Positions 1-11,346 of a stretch of DNA of 64,000 nucleotides are shown here, in pieces (positions within the stretch are counted from its first letter, which is position 1; every line of letters starts with the position of its first letter). The notes under the pieces were generated by a model. The model saw only the letters and a list, made by a program, of their open reading frames with translations. It made no database searches and was not told the DNA's origin. The DNA is taken from the NCBI RefSeq assembly GCF_963921235.1, contig NC_086108.1, positions 52,020,001 to 52,084,000 of the forward strand, given 5' to 3'. The position numbers and the translations under genes were made by a program. The DNA comes from Mobula hypostoma (Eukaryota).

Positions 1-454
1 CTATATAATAAAATAAGGGAAACTTGATGCCATTTCCTGAAAATATTAAAATCTTTGCGATGTCAGCTGAAAAACTATTTTTGTTTTTACTGTTCTGGTA
101 CTTGTGTATGCTTCTAAGGTGGGAGGTCTTCCTGTGGTCTCTGCTGATTTTCCAAAGCAAAAAAGTGCAAATGCTAGAAATCTGAAATACAGTGGATTCC
201 AGTTAATTAGGACACATCGGGACTAGTACATTTTAGCCCGATTAGGTGGTTGTCCCATTTATTCAAAGATTCATGGAAATAGTTAAAAAGATATAAAAAG
301 GACAAACTACCATTTAACTGAGTGACAAATTATGCATTTAAATGAAATACAAAACTAATTCGAACACTACCAATGCTACTATAGTACTGTAAAACTGTGT
401 ATTAGTCCCGGTTAGTTATCGATGGAGAAATTCATCCCTTGTAAGCTGCTATGT

Positions 455-953
455 ATGGGGTGTCCAGGGAAGGGTAGCATCTTTGGTGAAAGGGCTTGTT
501 GTGCCCATTCTGGGGGCAGTTCACTCACCTTTGGTTTCCACTGGAGACACAGCCCTCAACTGTGGCCTCAATTAGCTGTTTACATGTGACAACGGCCACA
601 CCCCAGTATACTGCTTCAACAGGTGGGCTGAACCAGATGAGGATAGCTGGCAGGACTCATACCCCGATGAAGTAGGGCCATGCCTGTCGTAGCATGTGAA
701 GTCAGCTCCGGCAGACTGGCAGATGAGATCATCAGTAAAATCCAGTGGCCAAGAAAGCGGTTCTACAACCCTTCGAGGAAAGCAAAGTCATAATAAGGCA
801 CAGAAATCATGGGTTATCCACTGTAACTAAGGAAGATCCCAGTTTGTGATGACTACGCATGTCACTGGAACCAGATTTTCTGAGGTCGAGAGAGTAGAAT
901 CTCTCAGTGCTACGGCTCTTCCATTTTAAAAGTCTCCTGCACAGGTTTCACTC
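455..953 (+). mobile_element. Non-coding retroposon, probably derived from an RTE-type LINE 5' UTR, nested in the MITE
   Basis: GC-richer block interrupting the AT-rich MITE (gctgctatgt|...|tcttttgatg). Starts at a predicted HDV-like ribozyme. The RTE assignment is inferred. Confidence 0.55.
457..642 (+). ncRNA. Predicted HDV-like (nested double pseudoknot) ribozyme, degenerate copy
   Basis: P1 ggggtgt(457-463)/acacccc(598-604); P2 cctcaactg(554-562)/cagatgagg(634-642); P3 ggc(564-566)/gcc(595-597); candidate P4 region 607-627; J4/2 ctgaac(628-633). Segments are in canonical order. Confidence 0.6.
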
Positions 954-3900
954 TCTTTTGATGGTAAATGTTCAAAATCAGTTCAAAATTACCTACTGCG
1001 GATAATGGATTGCCTTCATATTGTGCTCTCAATGATTGCATCCTCCAAAACTTCATTTTTATTGTTACGTACAATATGATTGTCAACACCTTCAAATTCT
1101 TTGTAGTTTCTAACTTGTTGAAGTAGTGAAATTGTTTTATTTACACACTGTTTCTAGCATCTCCAAGCTTGAATGCTTGAAACTGCAGTGAGCAAAACAA
1201 TTCTAAATAGTCTTAGTGCTTATTTCTCACCAACTATCAGTGACAAAAATCACTGTTATTTTGAACGCAATCACTTGCAAATGATACTATTTAAAAATTA
1301 TTCTCTGTAAGCATGGTGTTTTGTATAATGACCACACAGGTTTACACAACAGACACTAGTTGGAAACTATTCAACAACAGTCTCCTGGCATAGTGTCCCA
1401 AATTAATTAAGGGAATCACAGCTATTTTCTCAAACAGCTTTTGTTCTTTAAGAGTTGTCCCAAATAAGTGGCTGCCCTGAATAACTGATGGACCAATTAA
1501 CTAGAATCCACTGTATTCTGAATGGGAGTCTTGTTCTTGTTTTGTCTTGGAGGAGAGGTACCGAGAGCAATGGTTTGGGAAATAGAGATATTGTGACTGA
1601 CTGCCCTGTCAACCATAATTCAGGGGAATCCGTTAAGTATTTTGATAAAATAAATAAATACGAAGTGTCTCTCATGGCAGATTGGTCAGTAGCCAAAAGA
1701 TTTTATTTAAAGCAATTGACGAAGGAAACACAAGGCAAAGATAATTCCTTTCATTCAGTTGATAGGGTGGTGCAAGTAAATTTAATATGAACTGTCCAAA
1801 GGGAATCAGATAAATGAAGGAGAAGTAATTGAGTGGCTAGGGAGGAAGTACAAGGGATTAGGAGTAAATGATCAGAGACTCCACAGTTAACTGTCACCCT
1901 GTGTTGTTCTATTCCATGAACCTGACATTCTCTGACCACTTAAAAATGATTCTTTGAAGCTTTGTGCTTCCTGGACCATGCAGTTTGCTCTTTTTTATAT
2001 TGATCAATGGAGTCCATTGATAAAAGGAATAAAACTGCAAGAATGTTTCCATATATCTGCAGTGTGAACTCTTCCACCAATCTGTTGGAGCTTCCTGAGC
2101 TTGTTAAGGTTACAGAGAGTCAAAGGAAAAGTTAATCACGCCTGTGCCCACCTCTAGAAGTAGAAAGTTAACCCTTTCTTTAGTGACAATGCTATCATTT
2201 GCTGCATACTATCCTTGGAGCGGCCCTCACAGTCACTTTTGTATTACATACCTGTTTGTCACGTGGGAGGTTTTGTTTGTAAATGTTGGTACTTTGGGGT
2301 AATGAATCTTGAGTAAAGCATAGGTGAAGTGTTTATTCCTTCTCTAATAATTGTGTAATATGATCTTTCAGATTTATAAGGGAAAAGGTTAGACTCATTG
2401 GTCAGTCCGACTTCTTTCCTCAGCTATTCACTGTGGCCTGACAGCAGCTCAAATATTTTCAAGGGAAAGTCTAATGAACAAGTGATAGAAACAGAATTAA
2501 CTCAGGAATGAAAGAAAAGCAGATTTTTAAAAAAGAGGCAAGAGATTGATATAAATAGGCTGCAGACTGGAAACACAATCTCAAAATGATATGAACCATA
2601 CTGAAATACCATAAATTAATTAATCCTGAAGGCAAGGATATATGTTGTGTCATTAAGAAAGTGCGATGATTAGTTCAGAAATCAAGGTTTTAGAAATGCT
2701 AAATTAGCATTTTACAGCCAATGGTTAATGAGCCAAAGAAGCAGATATCCTGACATGCTAGTGCGTTATATAGCCAATATTACTTTCGTATTGCAATGAA
2801 CAGCTAGCCTGGTTCAGAAGTATACATGTATATTCAAGACGTATCAGCTGTGCTTTGTAGAGTTTCTTCTGGCAAAGAAATATTAATAAAGCTTCCATCT
2901 GAAAAAGACAGGACACAAAATACAGGAATGCACATAAAATAGTTTGGTGATTTAGAATTGGTTCTCTCAATTTAGTTAAATTGAGTGAATACTTTTATCA
3001 AATACTTCCTTCTACAAGTGGTGTTTATTCCATATTAATCTGACCAGAATTTCAAAGTCTAAATCATAAATCTGTTTTAATTTAAAATCAAATGAGTAGT
3101 AAACCACAGATTTAAAATAGTCACTGATTTTTCCCTTTTGAAATTTGACCCATATTCAGTGAACCTAAGAATGGCAAAGCTGCATCATTCATAAAGGAAA
3201 AATGCTTTATGGTGACAGTAAATTGATGAACTACTTTTACTGAGTCAAGTTGGGACCAAATTTTTGGCACAGCTTTTTGCTTCATCTTCATTTAGGAAAG
3301 ACTGAAAGTCTGGAATTCTTGTATTCACATCTAATGTCCAATTTATCTGTTAATGAAATGGTCGTATGCAATCCACTGTGAAACAGGAAAGAAACTTTGG
3401 ATTTGGTAAGGCACATGTCATTTGGGACTGAACTCATCTGGGAAATCAACTCATTTGGTAACTCATTTCAGCTCTGGTGACCCATGCATAATCAGCAGCC
3501 TGGTATTAATGTCACCATGCATTTTGATAGCTTTGATGAATATTATTTTCAGTTAACTTCTGCTCACTAGGCTTAAAATCCTTGAAGCAGCACAATCAGG
3601 CAGTGTTTTAGAGCATAATTTTTAAATGACGTTTTGTTTGTTTTTGTAGCAGAAAAAGACCCTATTTCACAGTGATTATATATGACTGCTGAATATTCCC
3701 AATGACATATTGACATTTTGTGCCTTCCAAGTTTTCCAGTCATCCAAGTTTATGTTGGACAGTTGCAATAATATCTGAAACTTGACTTCATATGTCCACT
3801 TTATGTTGCAAGGATCCTAAAGCACATTGTTATATTTTTTCACCAAATATCAAAACCAGAGAAGATGATACAGGTGCAGGTAACCAAAAGCAGGGTCATA

Positions 3901-6678
3901 GAGGTTCAAAAGGGAGTTTTCGGAAAGGAAAAGTAAAATGATTTAGAAAAGAACCAGCAGGTTAAACCTGATCAGCTGAAGGCTCAACCCGGGGAATATC
4001 AAATGGAATGTACAAAGTTTGCACAAAAATCTCAGAAGGTTCTGGGACATGGGCGGGCTGAAGTGATATAAAGTGGAAAGGCTGTAGTGCTTTTGAACTC
4101 AGTCGTGAGAATTATGCTGATGCCGAGGCATCCAGATGGAGAACCAATATAGTAAGAAACAATGGTGAGTAAACTTAGTTCAACTTAAAATGCCAAATTA
4201 CGTTTGTATTATGCCATTATGACCCTTCATAAAATATTGTTAACACTTGCAACTCTGTCAGATTTTAAAGGGAATACTTCAGAATAATAAATAAATATTG
4301 TGTTTATTTTGCTACTTGATTTGAGGAGTGACCTCACTGCTCCAGAGAACTGTGATTAACCCTTTTCCTTTCAACCTTTCTCACCTCTGGCATCAGCCAT
4401 GGGCAATAAAGCAAACAGCCCCTCGTGAAGCATCATGCCTGTGAAGGTGTTTGCTTAAATTATTAGCAAAGGCCAATTTCTGAAGTTCCCATGTGCCCAC
4501 CATCAGCTGTGTTCCAGAAACTAGGCCATAGTGAACTTAAATTATGTAATTCTGCCCAGCTGAGTCATGCTTCAGGGAATTTTTAAATAATAATGAATTA
4601 GAATAGTGACACATTTGATTTATAACTCATGATGTAATTTTGTTTTATCCTGCAATATAACTCTACTGTATTTAGAAACATGGGGAAAAGTTCACAAGGC
4701 TCTTACCTATATGTTGTTCCAAAAATGAACAGGATCCATAGAATTCAAAGAGTAGTACTGAAAACAAAATTAACAAGTTGCAGTTTATATTTTTGTAAAA
4801 GTAAGGATCTGCTTATATTTGCCTCACAAAAGCTGGGAGAGGAGGGAGGAATTTCACACTCATTTACAGTTATGAAGAGACCTTCTGCCCTAGCTGTCAG
4901 TCACAGCTAATGAGGTATGGCATTTCATAACACATCTGACACAGTCAGAGCAATAATGTCGACCTGGCTAAATTATCATTGACAGAGATCATACTTAAGA
5001 ATTGTATGGCAAGGAGAAACAAAATATCACTGGAAAGTAAAATTCTAAGTTTTGGCAAAGAATTTTATGCATGTTAATATGCATTACTGATATTTCAAGT
5101 TGGTTATGTTAGGAATGATATAACTTGGATTTTTTTTGTTTATTTAGCTTTGATTGTAAAAATGTAACTTGAATGGTGTAATAATTTTAGTTATTCATTT
5201 AGGAAATATAGGGGTGTGCTATTTCATGGAGTGAATCTGGTCCAAGTTCAAAGCCTTGAAATGCAACTCTGAATCCTCATCCATGGGCTGCACTTCATTC
5301 ACTGTTCTTGGTGAATACATAATAGCCATTGAACTCCCTTTGGTTAACAGAGGTGATCTGATTTGGAGAGATGCATTTGAAATGTTGGAAATTGACACAG
5401 CTGTAGGATCTCAGCTCTATATTTGGGAAGGAATGAGAAACCTATTGTATATGGTGTCTGGTTTTAATAAGCACAAGTTATGCTGTGATCATTGGGGTGT
5501 ATGTTTAAGTGGGAGTTTGTAACCAAGAATTTTGTTTAACTTGTCTTTTGCACAGTTGCATTAAAAATTGTTCCAAAATGAACTGTACTTTAAGAAGAGA
5601 AAGGACCATATACTATTGATACTATGTTGTACCGGACACTCCTGTTTAGTTAAGAGTTGCTATATTCAATACAGGATGTTCGATTTATGGCTGTAGGTTG
5701 GTTTATTTGCCTATGGAAGCAGTCACTTACAAGCTGTACATTAATAAAAGGATATAATTAGTTGGAATAGATTACAGTCATCTTTTCTGAAGAAAAGAGA
5801 GAATTATGCTGCCAAAGCAAAGCAGCAGCAATGGCAGGCATTGGGTCTTTCAAGCATGTTGGAGAAATTCAGAGATACAAGCAGACCCAACCTTTCAGCC
5901 TATTTAGAGATGTAGTGGAAATTTCTCTGAGGATGAACATTGTTTTTGAGGTCCCAGGGAGGGCACAGAACAGAGAATTACAGCAGTACGTGAGAATACG
6001 AAGGCAATTTTGATGCTGGTGGTAGGATGAGATGCAAATAAAATGCTACATATGTTTAATCAAATTCACTGGCACCAGTTTACCCACCATCAAGTTCGTT
6101 CGGTATATAGAGAAAAGTGCCAGATGAAGGCCAACAATATCATGAAGGATCCCATCACTCTATTTATGAGCTGTCTGTTCCCTTTCCATCAGGGAAGAGG
6201 CTACGCAGCATCCATGCCAGGACCACTAGACTCAAAAACTGGCACTTCCCCCAAGTCATCAGGCTGAATCACAGAAGGGTGCTTGATAGCTGTGACAGGG
6301 CTTAAATGCTGTCATCTCTTACACAGTGAAACTGAGTGACATAGGTGACAACGATGCTTCATTCCTAGATGGGCTCAGTTTGAACAAGAAAACATGGAGG
6401 CACCATCACAAACACCCAGAACCCCCAACAACCTTGTGATTTCAGTCTCTAAGGCCAATGTGAGAGAACCCTTAAAAGAAGAGTGAACCCATGGGAAGCA
6501 TCTGGCACAGATGGGATACCTGGCTGAGCACTGAAGAGCTGTGTTATACAACTAGCTGGATTGTTCACTGATATTTTTAAATGTTCGCTTTGGCAGTATG
6601 CACTACCCACCTGTTTCAAGCAGGCCTCAATTAAATCGGTGCCCAAAAAATGTGACAACTTTCAATGACGATCATCCA

Positions 6679-6908
6679 TGTTGTGTATTTAATATTTGAG
6701 TAATCTGGTATATATACATTGTTTTATCAAGTGTTCTTTGTTTAAGTAATTAATTATGGGTTATAGGTATAAATATGTGAATTACATATGTCGTCATGCT
6801 ACAACATGATACGTGCATGCCTCACTTAAAGTAAACACGAAGTTAGACCCTCATTTCGGACTCCCGTGTCTTCTTGTGTTTAATGTTTTGAAGTTAGAAA
6901 ACACAACA
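6679..6908 (+). repeat. 5' LTR
   Basis: Direct repeat of 9069-9318; begins tgttgtg and ends cacaaca. Confidence 0.9.
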
Positions 6909-7127
6909 TTGGTGATGAGGTATTTTTACAACAAACCCAATACAGATATTGACCTGTTAAATCACAGCAAGATATTTGAACTTAAAAAAAAATGCAGCAA
7001 GGAACGTCAAGTAAAAAACACAGCTCAGCGTGTGCAAAGACTGTTGAGTTTAAAAAAAGGCAGAAATGGAAGAATTCATGGGTTTCATAAGGAGTGAGTA
7101 CCAGATGATAATCATAAAAAAGCAGAA

Positions 7128-8350
7128 ATGGCTGGCTACATCAAAAAGATAAACACATTTGATTACAGAAAATATAACTGGATTTTTATATACAGAGCAA
7201 ATCGAAAAGTATTTTGAAGCAAATTAAATAGCCAATGAGAAATGAGTACCAACTTTGCTGAGCCAATTGGGTTTAAAGACAGACAGTTTTCTTCGAAGTT
7301 TGACTGTTCCAACCAAACCAGCAGAAATGAACTTTGCGGATATATTCAAAGTAATGGAGGAACATTTAGAACTGAACCCATTGTTGATTGGAGAATGTTT
7401 TAGGTTTCATTAGCAGAAACAAAAGGAAAGAGAATCCATTTCAGCGTACACAGGTGAAATTAAGTGATTGAGTACTGTCACTTTGGTAATGGGCTTAATG
7501 AAACACTAAAGGATTGTTTAGTTTGCGGACTCTTATAAGAAAGCATTCAACAATGGCTCCTAACTGAAGCATAACTTACATTTAAAACAGCAGTTGAAAT
7601 TGCTGTTTCAATGGAACTCAATGCAATTGAGTTTCAGTCAGGAGATAAAAAAAAAGGATCAGCCGTGATTGAATGGTAGAGCAGACTCGATGGGCCAGAT
7701 GGCCTAATTCTGCTCCTATGGTCTTATGGAATGAAAATGAGCGTGAGCAAAATTGCAGTGTCTAAACAGAAACCGGCCTAGCCAAACACACAGTGTCACT
7801 GTTGTGGCAGGGGCTGACTCACAGCAGAACAATACAGGTTTAAGTGCAAAATTTGCAGAAAATTCGACGAAGTAGGACACATACAAAGAGCATGCCAGGC
7901 AGACAAAAATAAATGGACTGCACATAGATGAGAAAAAGATTAAAAAGTTGCAATTTCAAAAAGAGCACTAACCTGCATGCTATGGATGAAAAATCTGATA
8001 ATGAGAAAATAATGGAATTAGACACTGTTTCAACTGTTTCAGTCATTCCACAAAATGAGTTTGAGAGGCATTTCAAAGGTACTAAACGGAAGCCTGCAGA
8101 TATCCAACTGAGAACTTGTACTGGAGAAAGATAACTTCTGTGAGAATGACATCCATAACAGTTAAGTACAACAATTCAGCAGTATTGAGGTTGTATGTGG
8201 TAAAAACAGAAGCACCAGCATTTTGGGACATGATTGGCTGAGACAACTACAACTTAATTTGACATCCATCCACCATTTGCATGCCACAGCCCCTGCAATG
8301 AAGCCAAATGAAAGTGAATTAAGAAGGGTACTGGATGATGCCACAACTGT
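7128..8350 (+). pseudogene. Degenerate Gypsy gag-protease
   Basis: MAGYIKKINTFDY...WIFYTEQIEKYFEAN; zinc-knuckle remnant CKICRK...GHIQRAC; protease-like MELDTVSTVSVI and GHDWLRQLQL. Many stops and frameshifts. Confidence 0.8.
7645..7730 (+). mobile_element. Short CR1 LINE 3' tail inserted in gag
   Basis: gatcagccgtgattgaatggtagagcagactcgatgggccagatggcctaattctgctcctatggtcttatgg closely matches the CR1 tail at ~50930-51010. Confidence 0.8.
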
Positions 8351-8356
8351 CTCCAG

Positions 8357-8770
8357 TTCATCAGGCAGTTACTTGCGAACTGTGGCTTGGTTTTACGCTG
8401 GAAGAGAATTCAAGGAGTTTCTGGAAAGTTGCAAGCATTTGGCTTTTGTGAGTATATAAAACCAGAATCTATTCGGCATACAGTAAGGTTATTGCATGAA
8501 CTTCAAGTGAGAGACAAAAAGCTGCTTGTAAATGTAGATACAAAGATCAAAGCCCAGCTGGATGAATGGAAGACCAAAAAGAAAGGAGTCAATGGAGATA
8601 CGAAAACAGAGGATTTGTCAGATGATGTTGTGGATGAGGAAACCAAGAAGAGAGATCAGATTGTAAAGAGAGCAATAGAAGGATTAATAAAAGAATACTC
8701 CAGAGAACTAAATGCACCTTCCCAAGATCAGGATGCACAAACTAGAAGAAGAAAAAGGAAGATGAAGGAA
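8357..8770 (+). pseudogene. RBM25: Processed (retro-captured) fragment of RNA-binding protein 25: C-terminal part of the RRM plus downstream helical region
   Basis: Frame reads FIRQLLANCGLVLRWKRIQGVSGKLQAFGFCEY...LLHELQVRDKKLLVNVDTKIKAQLDEWKTKKK...DEETKKRDQIVKRAIEGLIKEYSRELNAPSQ. This matches recalled vertebrate RBM25 (LIRQLLAKCGLVLSWKRVQGASGKLQAFGFCEY...DEETKRRDQMIKGAIEVLIREYSSELNAPSQ). Confidence 0.92.
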
Positions 8771-9068
8771 GCTGGCTGAGACTATCAGAATCAACTCCGA
8801 TAACCACCAAGAAGGCGGCCCCAGAACCTGAGATTATTTTCACAGCCGCATGTCTCACCTGCCAACTGGAGTGACCTCCCTTGTCAAGAAAAACGTTATC
8901 CTACAGGAGTAAGTAATCCTCCATAGCGACTAAATCCTTAGACCTGAACGGAACAATTTAAAATTTACTATGCTGTGTATGCCTGTGTATAATAATTGCT
9001 TTATATAGTGTACTGTGTATATGGTTGAGATGCTTTATTTATTGAGTTGCTAGCTAAACAGGGAGGAG

Positions 9069-9318
9069 TGTTGTGTATTTAATATTTCAGTAATATTTGA
9101 GTAATCTTGTGTATATATATTGTTTGATTAAACATTTGTGTTCATTTAAATAATTCATTACAGGTTATATGTATAAATACATGAATTACATATGTGATCA
9201 TGCTATGATGCGATACATGCGTGCCTCGCTTAAAGTAAACAGGAAGTTAGACCTACATTTCAGACTCCTGTGTCTTTGTTTGAATTATTTTAATATTTTG
9301 AAGTTACAAAACATATGA
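9069..9318 (+). repeat. 3' LTR
   Basis: Follows the PPT; diverged direct repeat of 6679-6908; terminal CA mutated to GA. Confidence 0.88.
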
Positions 9319-10521
9319 ATCCAGTAACACTTACATCCGCAGTGATGAAGTGTATTGAGAGGTTGCTGATGAAGCACATAAACTCCTGCCTGCGGAGCAA
9401 CTTGGATCTGCTTCAATTTGCCTACTGTCACAAGAGGTCAACAGCAGATGCTATTTCATTGGCTCTTCAATCAAAGCTAGAACATCTGGGCAGTGGAGAT
9501 GCATAAGTCTGGATGCTCTTCATTGACTACAATTCTGCATTCAATACCATCATCTCCTCAAAAAACTAACCAATAAGCTCCAAGACTCAGGCCTCAATAT
9601 CTCCTTGTGGAACTGGATCTTTGATTTCTTCACCTGAAGACCCCAGTCAGTTTGGATTTGTAACAACATCTCTTCCACAATCTCCATCAGCACAGGCTGT
9701 GTTCTTAGCCCTCTGTTCTACTCACTTTATACTTATGACTGTGAGGCTCATCACAGCTCCAATGCCATATTTAAGTTGTTGATGACACCAGTGCTGTGGG
9801 CCGAATCAAAGATGGTGATGAATCAGCATATAAGAGGGAGATTGAAAATCTGGCTGAATGGCGCCTCAACAGCAAACTCTCACAGTGTCAACAAGACCAA
9901 AAGAGCTGATTATTGGCTGTAGGAGTAGGAAACCAGAGGTCCATGAGCCAGACCTCATCAGGGTATCAGGTGGAGAGGGTCAACTTTAAATTCCTTTAAT
10001 TTATTTCAGAGGAACTGTCCTGTGTCCAGCATGCAAGTGCATTTCAAAGAATGCACAACAGCGCCTCTGCTTTCTGAGAAGTTTGCGCCAGTTCAGCATG
10101 TCATCTGAAATTTTGACTGACTTCTTTAGATGCGCAGTGGAGAGTATCCTGATGTTGCATCATGGCCTGGTATGGGAACACCAATGCCCTTGAGTGCAAT
10201 AACGTACAAAAAGTTGTGGATCCAGCCCAGTCCATCACAGGTAAAGCCACTACTATCCAAGCCATGCTCTCTTCTCACTGCTGCCATCAGGAAGGAGGTA
10301 CAGAAGCTTCAAACCCTACACCATCAGGGTCAGGATCAGTTATTAACCCTCAACCATTAGGCTCTTGAAATAGAGGGAATAACTGCACTCATCCAACACA
10401 AAAACTGATTCAACAACCTACGGAAACAACAGGAATTCTGCAGATGCTGGAAATTCAAGCCACACACATCAAAGTTGCTGGTGAACGCAGCAGGCCAGGC
10501 AGCATCTCTAGGAAGAGGTAC

Positions 10522-10557
10522 AGTCGACGTTTCAGGCCGAGACCCTTCGTCAGGACT
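10522..10557 (-). ncRNA. Minimal type I hammerhead ribozyme motif
   Basis: Reverse complement: AGUC-CUGACGA-AGGGUCUCGGCCU-GAAA-CGUC-GACU. Confidence 0.8.
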
Positions 10558-11310
10558 AACTGAAGGAAGAGTTAGTAAGAGATTTGAGAGGGGGAAGGGG
10601 AGATCCAAAATGATAGGAGAAGATAGGAGGGGGAGGGATGGAGCTAGGAGCTGGACAGGTGATTGGCAAAGGGGATATGAGAGGATCATGGGACAGGAGA
10701 CCCAGGGAGAAAGACAAGGAGGGGGGAAACCCAGAGGATGGGCAAGGGGTATATTCAGAGGTACAGAGGGAGAAAAAGGAGAGTGAGAGAAAGAATGTGT
10801 GTATAAGAATAAATAACGGATGGGGTACGAGGGGGACTTGGGGCATTAGCGGAAGTTAGAGAAGTCAATGTTCGTGCCATCAGATTGGAGGCTACCCAGA
10901 CGGAATATAAGGTGTTGTTTCCTCCAACCTGAGTGTGGCTTCATCTTTACAGTGGAGGAGGCCGTGGATAGACATGTCAGAATGGGAATGGGATGTGGAA
11001 TTAAAATGTGTGGTCACTGGGAGATCCTGCTTTGTACCCCATCCGTTATTTATTTTTATACACACATTCTTTCTCTCACTCTCCTTTTTCTCCCTCTGTC
11101 CCTCTGACTATACCTCTTGCCCATCCTCTGGTTTCCCCCCCCCCCCGTCTTTCTCCCTGGGCCTCCTGTCCCATGATCCTCTCATATCCCCTTTGCCAAT
11201 CACCTGTCCAGCTCTTGGCTCCATCCCTCTCCCTCCAGTCTTCTCCTATCATTTTGGATCTCTCCCTCCCCCTTCCACTTTCAAATCTCTTACTAACTCT
11301 TCCTTCAGTT

Positions 11311-11346
11311 AGTCCTGATGAAGGGTCTCAGCCCGAAACGTCGACT
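11311..11346 (+). ncRNA. Minimal type I hammerhead ribozyme motif
   Basis: AGUC-CUGAUGA-AGGGUCUCAGCCC-GAAA-CGUC-GACU. Stem I AGUC/GACU, stem II GGG/CCC, GUC cleavage triplet ending at 11342. Confidence 0.85.

Larger units (their letters stand above)
190..1513. mobile_element. Non-autonomous Tc1/mariner (Tigger/pogo-like) DNA transposon or MITE
   Basis: TIRs cagtggattccagttaatt (190-) and aattaactagaatccactg (-1513), flanked by TA at 188-189 and 1514-1515. No intact transposase. Interrupted by an insert at ~455-953. Confidence 0.85.
6679..9318 (+). mobile_element. Non-autonomous Ty3/Gypsy LTR retrotransposon carrying a captured RBM25 fragment
   Basis: 5' LTR 6679-6908 (TG...CA); PBS-like ttggtgatgagg; gag and protease remnants; integrase C-terminal tail (RYPTGVSNPP*RLNP); PPT gggaggag at 9061-9068; 3' LTR 9069-9318; TSD atcca at 6674-6678 and 9319-9323. 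Confidence 0.92.

Noticed and set aside
8387..8779. RBM25 ORF as the genuine host RBM25 gene
   Set aside because: Partial, apparently intronless, has no ATG at its start, and sits between LTRs.
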